Positions 23,194-35,555 of a DNA stretch of 64,000 bases are shown here, piece by piece. How positions within the stretch are numbered: the stretch's first letter is position 1; every line of letters begins with the position of its first letter. The notes beneath the pieces were generated by a model. That model searched no databases, was not told the DNA's origin, and saw nothing but the letters and a program-made list of their open reading frames with translations. A program made the position numbers and the translations under genes. Source of the stretch: Antedon mediterranea (lineage: Eukaryota > Animalia > Echinodermata); contig NC_092677.1 of NCBI RefSeq assembly GCF_964355755.1, forward strand, positions 19,366,101-19,430,100, read 5' to 3'.

Positions 23194-24109
23194 TTATACA
23201 AAAAAAATAAATTGATTACGAAGTTACATGTCATTTTCACCTATCACCAAAAAACCAACCTTTTCAAAACTAATTAGCCTAATTGTTACGAAGCCAATTT
23301 ATATTATATATTTCATTAAAACTGAACTTTACGGTAAATGAAGAGTAAGTATCAGTTAATATGAATAATATAACTAGTAGGTCTATGAACTTGCGTCCAG
23401 ACACAGAACTGTGACATTACTATCATAAATGTTGAAACCACTTATAAAACCTTTTTTTTAAAGAAAATATAATTGTGTTAGGAGAAGGCTAATAAACAAA
23501 TAGATAATGTACAACCCTTTTTCTTGATTAATTAATGGAGCAGGCGTTCCTAATAATCTGCTGCTGCTACCTAGACTGATTGTTCACCTTCTGACGATAA
23601 TTGATTGGACCCCCCACGGCACCTGATAACCAACAAAAAATTTACGAGGACTATTTCAATGATTTAATATCTGACGGCGTATTATAATAACATTGGCCTA
23701 GATTGACAGTCAAAGAAAGTCATTGTAAATACCTCCTTTTATTTTGACAGAGCCAAAATAAAGTTTTGACCATTATCGAATGATTATTTGACAGTGACTT
23801 ATTATAATACCGGCCTGGTTGACAGCAAAAACGAAGTTATTATTTATTGATCAAGATTTTACAGATTTCCGTCTACATCTCAATAATACTGTATTATCAG
23901 CAAAGGCTTTCATATAGACTCTCTTCTCCCAGACGTTTTTTGGGTCCAGCAGCTACCTATAAATTATAGTCGAGTTTCCAAATTCACAAAACTGTCAGCC
24001 TTAGATACTAAAGCTACCGCTATGAAACAGCTTATTAATGAATGTGTCCTTCTGGGACATAGCTGGCTAGAGCCGCGGCGCGAAAAAACATTATATGAAA
24101 ACAGTGCTT

Positions 24110-24420
24110 TTATTGAACACTTTCATATTTCAATTTAAAAAATAGCTTAAAATAATAACACCTTTTAAATAATAATAATATATAATAATATACATTTCTC
24201 TTAAGAACAAACTATAAATAATTTCATGATGTAATAAATATAAATCTACTTTTTCTTTTTTCCTAAAAACAAAGTCTATAAATAATTTGTTGTCAATTTT
24301 TTCTTTTATAACATATTTCAACTAAATAATTTAATTAAACATAAAACTTTCTTATTCAAATAAATAGTTTAACTTACTAAATAAACAGATCATAAAAGTC
24401 TATAAATAATTCAGGATTAA
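24110..24420 (-). repeat. Second copy of the 19155-19465 retroposed segment without long poly(A)
   Basis: attgaacactttcatatt.aatttaaaaaatagcttaaaataataacac... shared. Confidence 0.75.
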
Positions 24421-24534
24421 AAAACATAATATAACAAACAGTACTAAGTCCTTTTTTTTTAATGCAAAGTTACCAGTCAATAAGTTCATGTTTTTCCAAG
24501 AAAGGACTCCATTTGTTTAAGTAAGTATGATGCT

Positions 24535-25865
24535 TGTTACAACCGTTAATGTAGAAAACGCCAGCTAATGTCGAAACAACCGTTAATGTAGAACAACCCA
24601 CCGCTTATGTAGTAAAACCTCCAGCTTATGTAGAAACACCAACAGCTTTGTAGTAAATACAAATCAACACCAGCTAATGTAGAAATATTTAACAGCTTAT
24701 GTAGTAACGAAAATTGCCTCCCAGCTTATGTAGTTACTATCGCCAGCTAATGTAGAAAATGTTATATATTTTACAAAAATGTCTCATTTATGTGCCAGTG
24801 CATCGATCTTTACTTAGCTATCAGTCTTTCCACCTCTCGTAAGCAACCAACTTTCTAAAACGACCACACATCGTAAGCAACCACCTCTGTTAAGGGACCG
24901 CTTCTCATAATCGACCACCTCTCGTAAGGGATTACCTCCTCTCATAAGGGACCACTTCTCATAACCGACCACCTCTCGTAAGCGACCACCTCTCTTAAGG
25001 ACCACACCTTTCGTAAATGACCACCTCTTTTAAGGGACCACGACCTCTTTCTCTCTATTAAAGGACCGCTTCTCATAATCGTCAGTGACGACTCTTTTAA
25101 AGGACCACCTCTCTTAACGACCCCACCTCTTGTAAGTGACGACCTCTTATAAAGGACCACCACCTCTATTAAGGGACTGCTTCTCATAATCGACCATCTT
25201 CCATCACAATGACCTCTCGAAAGTGGCCACCTCTATTGCGACGACCAGTGTCTCTGTTAAGGGACTGCTTCTTATCTTTGACCACTTCCGAGAGGTGGTC
25301 GATTATGATAAATGGTCCCTTAAAAGAGACGGTGGTCGTTCAATAGAGGTGATCACTTACGAGAGGTGGTCTATTATAAGCAGTGGTCCCTTAATAATAG
25401 AAACGGTGGACGTTCAACAGAGGTGGTCACTTACCAGAGGTCGTTGTGACGGGAGATAGTCGATTATGAGAAGCGGTCCTTTAATAGAGAGAAAGAGATC
25501 GTGGTCCCTTAAAAGAGGTGGTCATTTACGAGAGGTGTGGTCGTTAAAAGAGGTGGTCGCTTACGAGAGGTGGAAAGACTGATAGCTAAGTAAAGATCGA
25601 TGCTTGCACATGAATTACATTTTTGTAAAATATATAACATTTTCTACATTAGCTGGCGATAGTAACTACATAAGCTGGGAGGCAATTTTCGTTACTACAT
25701 AAGCTGTTGACTGTTTCTACATTAGCTGGTGTTGATTTTTATTTACTACATAAGCTGTTGGTGTTTCTACATAAGCTGGAGGTTTTACTACATAAGCGGT
25801 GGATTGTTCTACATTAACGGTTGTTTCGACATTAGCTGGCGTTTTCTACATTAGCGGTTGTAACA
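24535..25865. mobile_element. Foldback element with TGT...ACA termini and 5-bp TSD (Ginger-like non-autonomous)
   Basis: tgttacaaccg / cggttgtaaca; TSD atgct both sides; whole element palindromic around ~25290 with inner gaccacctctcgtaag array. Confidence 0.85.
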
Positions 25866-26270
25866 ATGCTCCCCTTTAGTTTTCAAAATAAATTCTTCTT
25901 GTTTAACGTGTAACTTAATCTCATTCACGAATCGAGCAATATTAGGCTTAATTTTTCTCATTTTACAGCTATATATGTAGTGTCGACAAATTAGTAAAAT
26001 AGTATTTAGGGCTTTAAATGTTTTTTTTTCAACTTATTTTGGCGGAGTATGGATTATGCAAATTTTTGAAATATTTTAGGAAAATTATAAAAAATTTGTA
26101 ATTTACCTTTGACTACCAAATGCACAAAAATTAATAAATATTTCATAATAAAACTCATCTCTTCATCAGAACCTATTTCTTCTCTTCAAAATAAGACCAA
26201 ACTTGACCATTATGAATTACCGGTTTCGAAATTGTGAAGAAATTAGTAGACGGACTCATCCGACGATGAC

Positions 26271-27384
26271 CAGGGCTCGATTTATCTTTTTCATGTTGCT
26301 AGCCCGCTGGGCTAGTTCACTGTAGATTTCACTAGCCCATACATTATTTTACTAGCCCACTCTTATTATCGCACCGTGATAGCAGGGCCGCCATATAAAT
26401 GAATTCAGGCATTTTGTACAATAGAGGGCGCACTAATCTAAACGCTCGAGAATTGCTACACATTTACATACATACTGTATTAAACTATTATTGCATGAAA
26501 AATTACACAAAATTGTATTTCTTTATTGTTCACGTTATAAAAATTAACTTTGCGTCGCGACGCATAGTCTATTTCATGCTCACCATATTCACAGAATCGA
26601 TTTATTGAGGTCTTTTTGTTGTTGGGCTTCAACCTAGCCAAGAAAACTAATTAGATTCTGTCTACCTTAGCCTAGGCCTAGAGCCTATTATTTATAGTAG
26701 GGTAGCTAGGATAGACCTAGAGGCCTACCTAGATCGCATTGGAGCACCTGGCCTACTCAACTGTTACCAAAATGGTAGTATCTAGCTAGCTGCTGAGCAG
26801 CCATCACGATGCCAAACGATGGCTTTTGATTCTATCTAGGCCTATGCATATTATAAAATATGGCCTCCATGGCCTACCTACAGGGATAGAGCCAGCCACC
26901 CGGCCCTACAAAATATCCCTAGCTTTGATCTGTGACAACCAGGGCCGGCCTGACAAGACTAGACAAGTTATTTTTAACATTGACAAAATTCTACTACATT
27001 TGGCCAATCACAGTTCGTTATTTATGGTCATATTTTTGTGACACGTTTGACCTGATAATGAAGCTCCGCCTACTTCACAATAACCTGGGTGACAAAAACA
27101 TAAATGGCCAATCATAATTCGGAAAATTTGCTTGATTATGAGAGGCTCCGCCTACATCATCACTTGTTATGGCCACAGCAGCGCGCGAGTGGTTTTTTTT
27201 GCTGATGTTGCCAAGACATTACCGTATGTCTTTTATGCTGGAGTTATTTTTATGAGGTCATTTCGTCCCAATTTCGAGTTCCCACAACCTACTAGCCATC
27301 CGGGCTTAAAGGAAGATACTTTAGGTAGCCTGGAGCTGTTTTTACTAGCCATTGTACGCCGGGCTAGCACTAAATCGAGCCCTG
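26271..27384. mobile_element. Non-autonomous hAT-like element with 5-bp TSD (hAT5-like)
   Basis: TIR cagggctcgattta / taaatcgagccctg; TSD atgac; subterminal ctagcc repeats. Confidence 0.85.
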
Positions 27385-27974
27385 ATGACCATATGGGGCC
27401 TAGGCCTATCGGGAGCCGTCCCAAGTGCGTCGTTGCCGCTGTTTGTTCACCAGGAATGTTAAAAAAAACATCCCGCCATTCTCGCGCGCACCGGCATCCC
27501 TCGGGAGCTTAGTCCGCTATTTTAGATGTGTAGCTTGCAGAAAATTAGACGAAAATGCGTCGTAAACTTATGAAATTAAGATAAGTTTGGTATCAAAATG
27601 TTTGTCAAAAGTTATGCTTCAATAAACTGACATTTGAGCAGAGTTTGAACAAATATTTCATGCCCATAATGCATCTGACATGTCAGGGTTCATATTACAA
27701 TCAAAGGTAGACAATACGCCGCGACCCTCGTGAGAACATGGTCACGACTTTTCTCTGGTAGAAAAATCACATTTTTACATGGAAATATGACGATTTAGAC
27801 ACTGTAACCTGGGCTCGCACTGGCCGATCGCCAAGTTGCCATTAGTAGGCATGTTAAGGTGCATATTTTAGCCAAATCCTTCAAATTGTGATAATATTTT
27901 GAAACTTTGCACAGTTATTCATTAGCGTGTCAAAAACATGAAATGGAAGGGTTGCACGAAATGTGGTCAGGGGA

Positions 27975-28560
27975 AAGCCGCCATTTTGGATTTCAAATTT
28001 TCACTTTTCAGGTATATCTCTGCTAAAAAGGCCCATATAGTTCTGATTTGAGGTGAAAATTATATGGTAGTGGGGTCACCAAACATATTGGTATAACTAA
28101 CATTTTGATTGCATGGCGGACATGTTGGATTTCAAAATGGCGGACTTTAAATTTTCACTTTTCAGGTATATCTCTGCTAAAAAGGCACATAGAGTTCTGA
28201 ATTTAGGTGCAAATTATATGGTAATGGGGTCACCAAACATATTGGTATAACTAACATTTTGATTGCATGGCGGCCATGTTGGATTTCAAAATGGCGGACT
28301 TCAAATTTTCACTTTTCAGGTATATCTGCTAAAATGGCACCCAGAGTTCTGATTTATACGTGCAAATTATATGGTAATGGGTCACCAAACATATTGGTAT
28401 TTAACTAACATTTTGATTGCATGGCGGCCATTTTGAATTTCAAAATGGTGAACTCAAAATGTTTCAGTACGGTACCTACAGTTATAATTTTAGGTACAAA
28501 GTATAATATGGTATTGAGATCAACAAACTTTGATTGCATGGCGGCCATTTTGAATGTAGC
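27975..28560. repeat. ~137-bp subterminal tandem repeats of the Academ-like element
   Basis: Three-plus units of ggatttcaaaatggcggact..aaattttcacttttcaggtatatct...ggggtcaccaaacatattggtataactaacattttgattgcatggcggcca. Confidence 0.85.
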
Positions 28561-28623
28561 TCAAACCGTACTGGCTTTACACTATTTGTTTATGTTTATA
28601 GTTACATGCAAAAACGGACACAA

Positions 28624-29660
28624 TTATTGTAGGTCACATTTTCCCTGGCAACCACACAGCTCTGTACATCGTAAATCACTCTTTCTGCATTTATACAGCG
28701 TCCAAGAACACAGTCGGTATGTCCACAGCGAATTAAAACCTTTGTGACATCTGAAAGTTCTGGCAATGAACTCCAAACTGGACTAAATTTGTTGCCATCC
28801 TTCCTCCATCCCCAGTTTGCTGGGTCCTGTTCAACCCTGAAGGCATCTAGACAGTAGTACCACTTCCTGGCTTGTAGAACAGACCGTTTCACATGTTCTC
28901 TTAATGCCCCAAATGTTGGGGGGATATTTTCAATAGTCTTTCCCCTTGTTGTAAAAAGATATCGTCTTGCATCATTTACCTTCTTTCCATTAAATGATCT
29001 GCAGTCCATAGTTACAACAAACTGCTCTACATAATCTGTGTCTGTTTCACTAACATCTCCTACAGACAATGGAGTGTGGAGCACTGTGGCGCATTGGACT
29101 TGCAATCAAGAGGTTGCTGGTTCAAGCCCGGCCGGTCACTGCAGTGTTGAGTCCTTGAGCAAGATTCTTTATCCACATTGTTCCTCCCCACCCAGGTCAT
29201 AGAAATGGGTACCAGTATGAAAAAAGTACTGGGAAGGTAAATCAGACTCGTTTGTGCGGGAGGAGTGGCGTACCCCCACAAACATACACAGTTAGTGGAG
29301 TCTGGCCCAAACGCTAAAGAAATGGAGATGGGCACCAGGGCCATTAGCATTAGCTTAGGTTTCGACACTTTACCTTACAGACAATGACATCCTATCGAAA
29401 ACTGAAGTCATACATGGCATCTTTTTCCAAGTCTCGTTAAATGTAGCTTTACCTTTTCTTTGAACAGATGAAGTTGTATCACAACCGCTAAAGGAATGAA
29501 AGAACAAGTAAGCGGCTGATGCTTGTGGTCCAAGAGAAAAAGCAATCTCGTGTATTGGGATGTACTTCAAGTGCTTCCCCACTCCAAACTTGATCCAAAG
29601 CTCGTGGATGCCAGGTATTCTGTGGAAAGCTGACAATGCAATAACAATAACATGTCTACA
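28624..29660 (-). pseudogene. Academ-type (AcademX) XPG/PIN nuclease + Cys8 zinc-finger C-terminal remnant, split by SINE
   Basis: VIVIAL...ELWIKFGVGKHLKYIPIH...FHSFSGCDTTS...KGKAT joined across the SINE TSD to ...PPTFGALREHVKRSVLQA...WGW...CG..C..RC[fs]KCRKSDLRCTELCGCQGKC*. Confidence 0.75.
29072..29375 (+). mobile_element. tRNA-derived CORE-type SINE
   Basis: B-box ggttcaagccc in tRNA-like head; CORE-like gtccttgagcaag...aaatgggtacc; tttacct tail; 11-bp TSD tacagacaatg (29061-29071, 29376-29386). Confidence 0.9.
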
Positions 29661-30848
29661 GTCTTGACAAGAATGCGCGGAAAAATTACAATTGAAATTA
29701 TCTCCCATATCCTTTGCTCGTCTCTGTTTCTCTTCTCCGTTCCTCTTCTCCATTGCCCAGTGTTGCTCGTCTCTTTCTTTCTCCGACTTTAAAAATGCCT
29801 TCGTCATAGCATCTAATGCCTGCTCTGCCTTTCCTTTTTTTGCCTTTTTTGGGTTTGGTTGATTTCTACCTATACATAAGATTACAATTTCTTTATACTG
29901 TAATATGGTAATAATTAAATTTTTTGAATAGATAAATAGTAGGTAATCATTGCTGTATTTTTAAATTGTTGGTTTTCATATTTATTTTCATATTTATTTA
30001 TGATCGATTTATCATGAAATGTTTTGTGCTGTATTCATTTCAATAAACGCCCCAATAATCATAATATTTACTAACCGTTGTAAGTGTGGGTGTGGCTAGA
30101 TGGGTTGCTGGGGGTGTGGCTAGATGGGCTGCTGGTGGTGTAGCTTGATGGGCTGGCAAAGGTGGTTCTACTACTACTACGGCTGTTCCTTCGTCTACTA
30201 GGCCTAGGCCTACATCATCATCGTCATCTAATCTAATCTAAGCTAATTTAATGATGTAGGGCTGGGACAATGAAATGATAAATTATAAATAACCACATAA
30301 TTAAATAAAAATGATTAACTTCTTGTAAAAAGCAACGTCTAATCAATGTTAAGTCTAAATCTGGTTTTTTTTTTTCAAATTATTTAATCTACTTACTATC
30401 TGTATCGCTGCTACTGTACTACTAGGCCTAGTACTACTAGTACCAGAGGAAGTGCTCGGTTCGTCATTTTCTTCTCCTCCTCCTCCCCGGGTTTTTTATG
30501 TTGACGCCGGCGGGAACAGACAATTTCCGGCAGGTTCATTTCAGGCCTGGACCCAAGTATTGCGTCCAGTTCCTCAAAATGCTTGCACGTTTTCCTGCTT
30601 GCCCCACTCTTTTTATTATTATCGGCCACCTTCTTGTAGTCCGCTTTTAATTTTTTAATTTTCTTTTGCACTTGCAGTGCGTTCCGAACAATCCCACTTT
30701 CACGTAGGAGCTTGTCGGAAATAATCCGATGGACGCCAGCGTTTCGGACGCTACCGTCCATTTGGGCCTGTATTTTTCCCTCGGCCCAAATCCCGAGCAA
30801 CCCAAGTACCTCCTCGTATGTCCAATTGGAACCACGATTTTCAGACAT
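29661..30848 (-). pseudogene. PIF/Harbinger accessory Myb/SANT (trihelix) DNA-binding protein, spliced, frameshifted and 3'-truncated
   Basis: NWTYEEVLGLLGIWAE...RN..VHRIIS...QVQKKIKKLKADYKKV...SGASRKTCKHFEELDAILGSRP; GT-AG introns near 30396 and 29870-30075; coiled-coil exon KKGKAEQALDAMTKAF. Confidence 0.85.
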
Positions 30849-31160
30849 CTTATAAAAATTGGTACAAATAAATTTAACTACGGAATATAAATGATGAAGA
30901 AAACAAATTTTCGCGCGAAAAAGAGGAAGGTATGTACCGAGATTGAATGTCGGATCGTCATAACAACAACCTCATAAAAAGGTCAAACGTTGTTCACGGT
31001 TCACTGCGTAAGCCGGCCCAAAACGTAAAAGCCGCTCCTGAACCTACCTGGAGAGGTGGCCCAGATCTGCGTCCGGCCCAGGGCCGGCCTAACTTGTTAG
31101 AGTATTTACACTTATCAATTGCCGACCCAGGGCCGGCCTAAATCGTAAGTGTAAAAGGTC
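29661..31160 (-). mobile_element. Truncated PIF/Harbinger element (one TIR + Myb/SANT gene)
   Basis: Terminus ...aagtgtaaaaggtc|TTA matches the TIR of the adjacent MITE. Confidence 0.8.
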
Positions 31161-31163
31161 TTA

Positions 31164-31802
31164 GACCCCATTTACACTTACGATTTAGGCCGGCCCTGGG
31201 TCGGCAATTGATAAGTGTAAATACTCCAAAAAGTTAGGCCGGCCCTGGGCCGGACGCAGATCTGGGCCACCTCTCCAGGTAGGTTCAGGAGCGGCTTTTA
31301 CGTTTGGGCCGGCTTACGCAGTGAACCGTGAACAACGCTTGACCTTTTTATGAGGTTGTTGTTATGACGATCCGACATTCTCAGTACATACCTTCCTCCT
31401 TTTCGGGCGACAATTTGTTTTCTTCATTATATCGTTAAATTTATTTTCAGACATCTTCTTTCAATAAAGTATTCCTCCGCTTGTTTCGCATATACATAAA
31501 ATATAGCCATATTATATATAAAACAGTGGGGTTCATTTTGTTTTTAATGGGACAAAAAACAACAATACAGTACTATAAATATAAAACGGTCGGTTCGCGC
31601 GGAGAGTTGAATTGACGATCGAGAGAGAAAAATGTAAACAAACTGTACTTCGTATCCCAGCATGCAATGGTACTTCCGATAAAATTATTTACGAACAGTA
31701 ATCTGCGTCGGTAGTGTAAACGCTCTGGGCCGGCCTAAAAAGTAAATATTTGCAACCGGCCCAGGACCGGCCCTGGACCCAAACGAAAGTGTAAATGGGG
31801 TC
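31164..31802. mobile_element. Harbinger MITE derived from the adjacent element
   Basis: TTA|gaccccatttacact ... agtgtaaatggggtc|TTA; first ~290 bp are the reverse complement of 30838-31160. Confidence 0.9.
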
Positions 31803-32197
31803 TTAGTTTTCTAGACACCCCAAAGGTTACTCCAAATGGGTCAAAGTGACCACTGTTGGGAAGTCAGGAATGTTGTTTTGCCAGTTGCTAGGCAACTAGG
31901 CCCATTATCTTCATTCCTGATGAGTATACCTCACTTCCACCTGTGCCTGCTCACAAAGAAACACCTATACATTTTTTAACAACTAAAGGAAGTCACTTTT
32001 TTGATATTTTGACTCTTTTCTGAGGTAAAAACTATCAATAATATTATTTTATGTTTAATACCAAATTTGATAATAATAACTTAATTTAAACTTATTGAAG
32101 ATTAGGTTTATGCATGTTTGCATTGGCTCGATGCTTTAGATTAGTTATGTTATATTTTGATTTTGTTTTATAACTTTTGTGATACTATTTGCAATTG

Positions 32198-33028
32198 CCG
32201 TATATTTCGGTGTATAAGTCGCACTTTTGACACGCAAATTTGACCTCTAAATTAAGGGTGCGTCTTATACACCGAACATAAATGCCTCACCACACAGATT
32301 GTACATAGGCCTAGGCTATCGTCACCTCGTTTGCTAGGCCTGAGTAGGCTAGGCCTAGCTACAGTAACTAACTAACGTAACGGCAACCTGCTTCTGCCTA
32401 GGCCTAGTTTTCAAGTCATTTTAGCATGATGTTATACTAAATATGATAAAAAGATTTGTTCATTATGGCGCTCCGATAAAATTTCATTTGTAAACGTTTA
32501 CGTCGTACGATTGGAATAGTATTTATTTATACAGTAGTTATACGCACGATCGCCGTACCCCAAGCGCAAGCCCTTCTTTTGGTGGCACATGGTGTACGGT
32601 ATTCGACTAGTATATTCTCCAGGTGATTATAGCATGGACCTAGCGTACACACTTCTCGGATACATAGATACTAATCGAATACGATTGTCCATGAAAACGT
32701 TCGCCCTCTCGAAATGATCGAGCGAGGCTAGCCCACACACGTGCGTGTTACACACACGGTCATGCACTCGATGTTGCGGCGAAACTCATGAATAACAAGT
32801 TAGAAAGAACTTGTTGAGGCTGGGCGCGGTCGAGCCTAGGTAAGAAAAAACTTAAATAAAGGACGCCGTTGTAGATATAACAAAATATATTATTACAATA
32901 ATATTGATTACAATTTAAAAAAACATTGTTTTGATGAAATATAAGGTGCGTCTTATACATCGACGATATAAAAAATACCGATATTTTACTCTCAGTTGGG
33001 GGTGCGACTTATACACCAAAATATACGG
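32198..33028. mobile_element. Tc1/pogo-like MITE family C copy 1
   Basis: TIR ccgtatatttcggtgtataagtcgcac; flanked by a 12-bp direct repeat tatttgcaattg. Confidence 0.9.
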
Positions 33029-33144
33029 TATTTGCAATTGCGCTTGGTAATTTATATTATTGCTGCAAAGTGGTTTTGCAATCACACATTGTTCTCTTAC
33101 AAAAAGTGATTTACCGTTAATTGTTGAACTGGAGTCTCCAATTA

Positions 33145-33992
33145 CCGTATATTTCGGTGTATAAGTCGTACTTTTGACACGCAAATTTGACCTCCAAATT
33201 AAGGGTGCGTCTTATACACCGAACATAAATGCCTCACCACAGATTGTACATAGGCCTAGGCTATCGTCATCTCTCGTTTGCTAGGCCTGAGTAGGCTAGG
33301 CCTAGCTACAGTAACTAACTAACGTAACGGCAACCTGCTTCTGCCTAGGCCTAGTTTTCAAGTCATTTTAGCATGATGTTATACTAAATATGATGAAAAG
33401 ATTTGTTCATTATGGCGCTTCGATAAAATTTCATTTGTAAACGTTTACGTCGTACGATTGGAATAGTATTTATTTATACAGTAGTTATACGCACGATCGC
33501 CGTACCCCAAGCGCAAGCCCTTCTTTTGGTGGCACATGGTGTGCGGTATTCGACTAGTATATTCTCCAGGTGATTATAGCATGGACCTAGCGTACACACT
33601 TCTCGGATACATAGATACTAATCGAATACGATTGTCCGTGAAAACGTGCGCCCTCTCAAAATGATCGTGCGAGGCTAGCCCACACACGTGCGTGTTACAC
33701 ACACGGTCATGCACTCGATGTTGCGGCGAAACTCATGAATAACAAGTTAGAAAGAACTTGTTGAGGCTGGGCGCGGCCGAGCCTAGGTAAGAAAAAACCT
33801 AAATAAAGGACGCCGTTGTAGATATAACAAAATCTATTATCACAATAATATTGATTACAATTTAAAAAAACATTGTTTTGATGAAATATAAGGTGCGTCT
33901 TATACATCGACGATATAAAAAATACCGATATTTTACTCTCAGTTGGGGGTGCGTCTTATACACAGGTGCGACTTATACACCGAAATATACGG
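33145..33992. mobile_element. MITE family C copy 2
   Basis: TA|ccgtatatttcgg ... ccgaaatatacgg|TA; near-identical to copy 1. Confidence 0.95.
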
Positions 33993-34350
33993 TACATTAT
34001 TTCGAACAGTCTTACTTTTTTGTGGATACTTAGTGTTTTTATCCTGTGAACAAATAATATTAGTAATAGTTTATATAACTTAATTTATTAAGCGTTTTCC
34101 TTGATTTGATTATTTAATACTTTTTTAGTATCTTGCTTAAAACTGATATTTTAGGTTATTTAAAACATTGCAATAATACACTTACATAAACTCCACAAAT
34201 TAACATTTTTGATACGAAAAATAGCGTTTTTTAAAACCAAAACAATACATCAGAAACACCACAACAAAATGAAATATGTTTTTAAAACTGACATTTTAGA
34301 TTATATTTACGTGTAAAAACCGTATTTAAAATGTTGCAATAAAACGCTTA

Positions 34351-35555
34351 CCGTATTTTCCGGAGTATAGGTCGAGACTTTGTGGGAAAATTTTAATTGC
34401 AAAATCGGGGGGGTCAGTGGCCTATCATCAATCACTCACAGAAGTTTTCAATTTAATACCTACATTGTACAAAATAATACAACTCCAACAAGTACTGGTC
34501 AATAAAATATTAATATATCACAATGACTCATTTTGATGTTAATATTACGCTTTTAAGATAATTAAGAATAAATAGTTTTCTTTATGCTTCTTATTCAATA
34601 GTAAGAATTTTTCTTGAATAGTCAAGACCGCATCGCGTATAATTGGATCTACACAACTGCCTTTGGAGAACATATTTTCGGATCGTCTTCTGAAAAAGGC
34701 AGTGGCTATCAAAGATGATCATTTTCATCCGGCCTCTAGTATGTTCCAGTTGATGCGCAGCGGTCGGCGATTTCGTTCTATTAAGGCCAATAAGGCACGA
34801 TTTACAAATAGTTTCTTTCCAGGATCTATTAGAGCCTTAAATATGATGTAGACTTTTTTTTGTAATGTTTTTGTTTTTGAGTTCGTGTTGTGTCCGTTGG
34901 ATATTGTGCTCCGCCAACAGAGCAAACAGAATTTCTATGTTTTTCCTAAAACAAATGATAATAAATGATACTTGACTTGACTTGACTTGACTCTCGCGAA
35001 AACATCGTAACACACACAACAGACGTCGGAATGTCCATGCAGCATGTTTGTTATTGCGCGATATTTTCATCTATATACATGCGCAGTTTGTTTGTTTGTT
35101 CGTAATTACAATTACTGCGCATGTCTATTCATAAAATAAATTCTCCTTAGTCGGGCGCGTGTACATTTACAGATAACGCGATTTACAACTACTCGCCTGT
35201 ACAATTAATAAGCCTCCTAACGGAAAACTCGTTTTAATTTATTCGAGTGACGCGAAAAACATCGCTGATGGCAAGTAACGCTACATCGCTGTCATTTATT
35301 ATAGGCTGGTGAAGACGGCGGCGAAGTCGTCGTCATTACGTCCGTCCGATATTGATTAGGACTACACTTTAATAATATAAACAAATAACCACATTTCATA
35401 CATTTCTAGCCCTCTTTGAACTTTAAAGTAAGTTGTGTTATTAGCCGATTTTGGGGGTCGACTTATATTAAGGTCATACCAAAATCAACGATATTCTAGG
35501 CCAAAGTTGGGGGTCGACTTATACTTGGGGTCGACCTATACTCCGGAAAATACGG
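34351..35555. mobile_element. Tc1/pogo-like MITE family D copy 1, containing a LINE 3' fragment
   Basis: TA|ccgtattttccggagtataggtcga ... tcgacctatactccggaaaatacgg|TA; empty-site copy at 57633-58395. Confidence 0.9.
34600..34989 (+). mobile_element. LINE 3' end (same family as 13361-13785) inserted in MITE D
   Basis: LENIFSDRLLKKAVAIKDDHFHPASSMFQLMRSGRRFRSIKANKARFTNSFFP; (CTTGA)n tail; absent from the 57633 copy. Confidence 0.85.

Noticed and set aside
24830-25575. Repetitive ORFs (RGGRLREVV...) suggesting a repeat protein
   Set aside because: Chance translation of a DNA motif array mirrored in a foldback element
29072-29150. tRNA gene
   Set aside because: Head of a SINE with CORE body, tail and TSD; no proper acceptor stem
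31806-31972. GC-richer exon-like segment
   Set aside because: All frames stop early and no recognisable protein similarity
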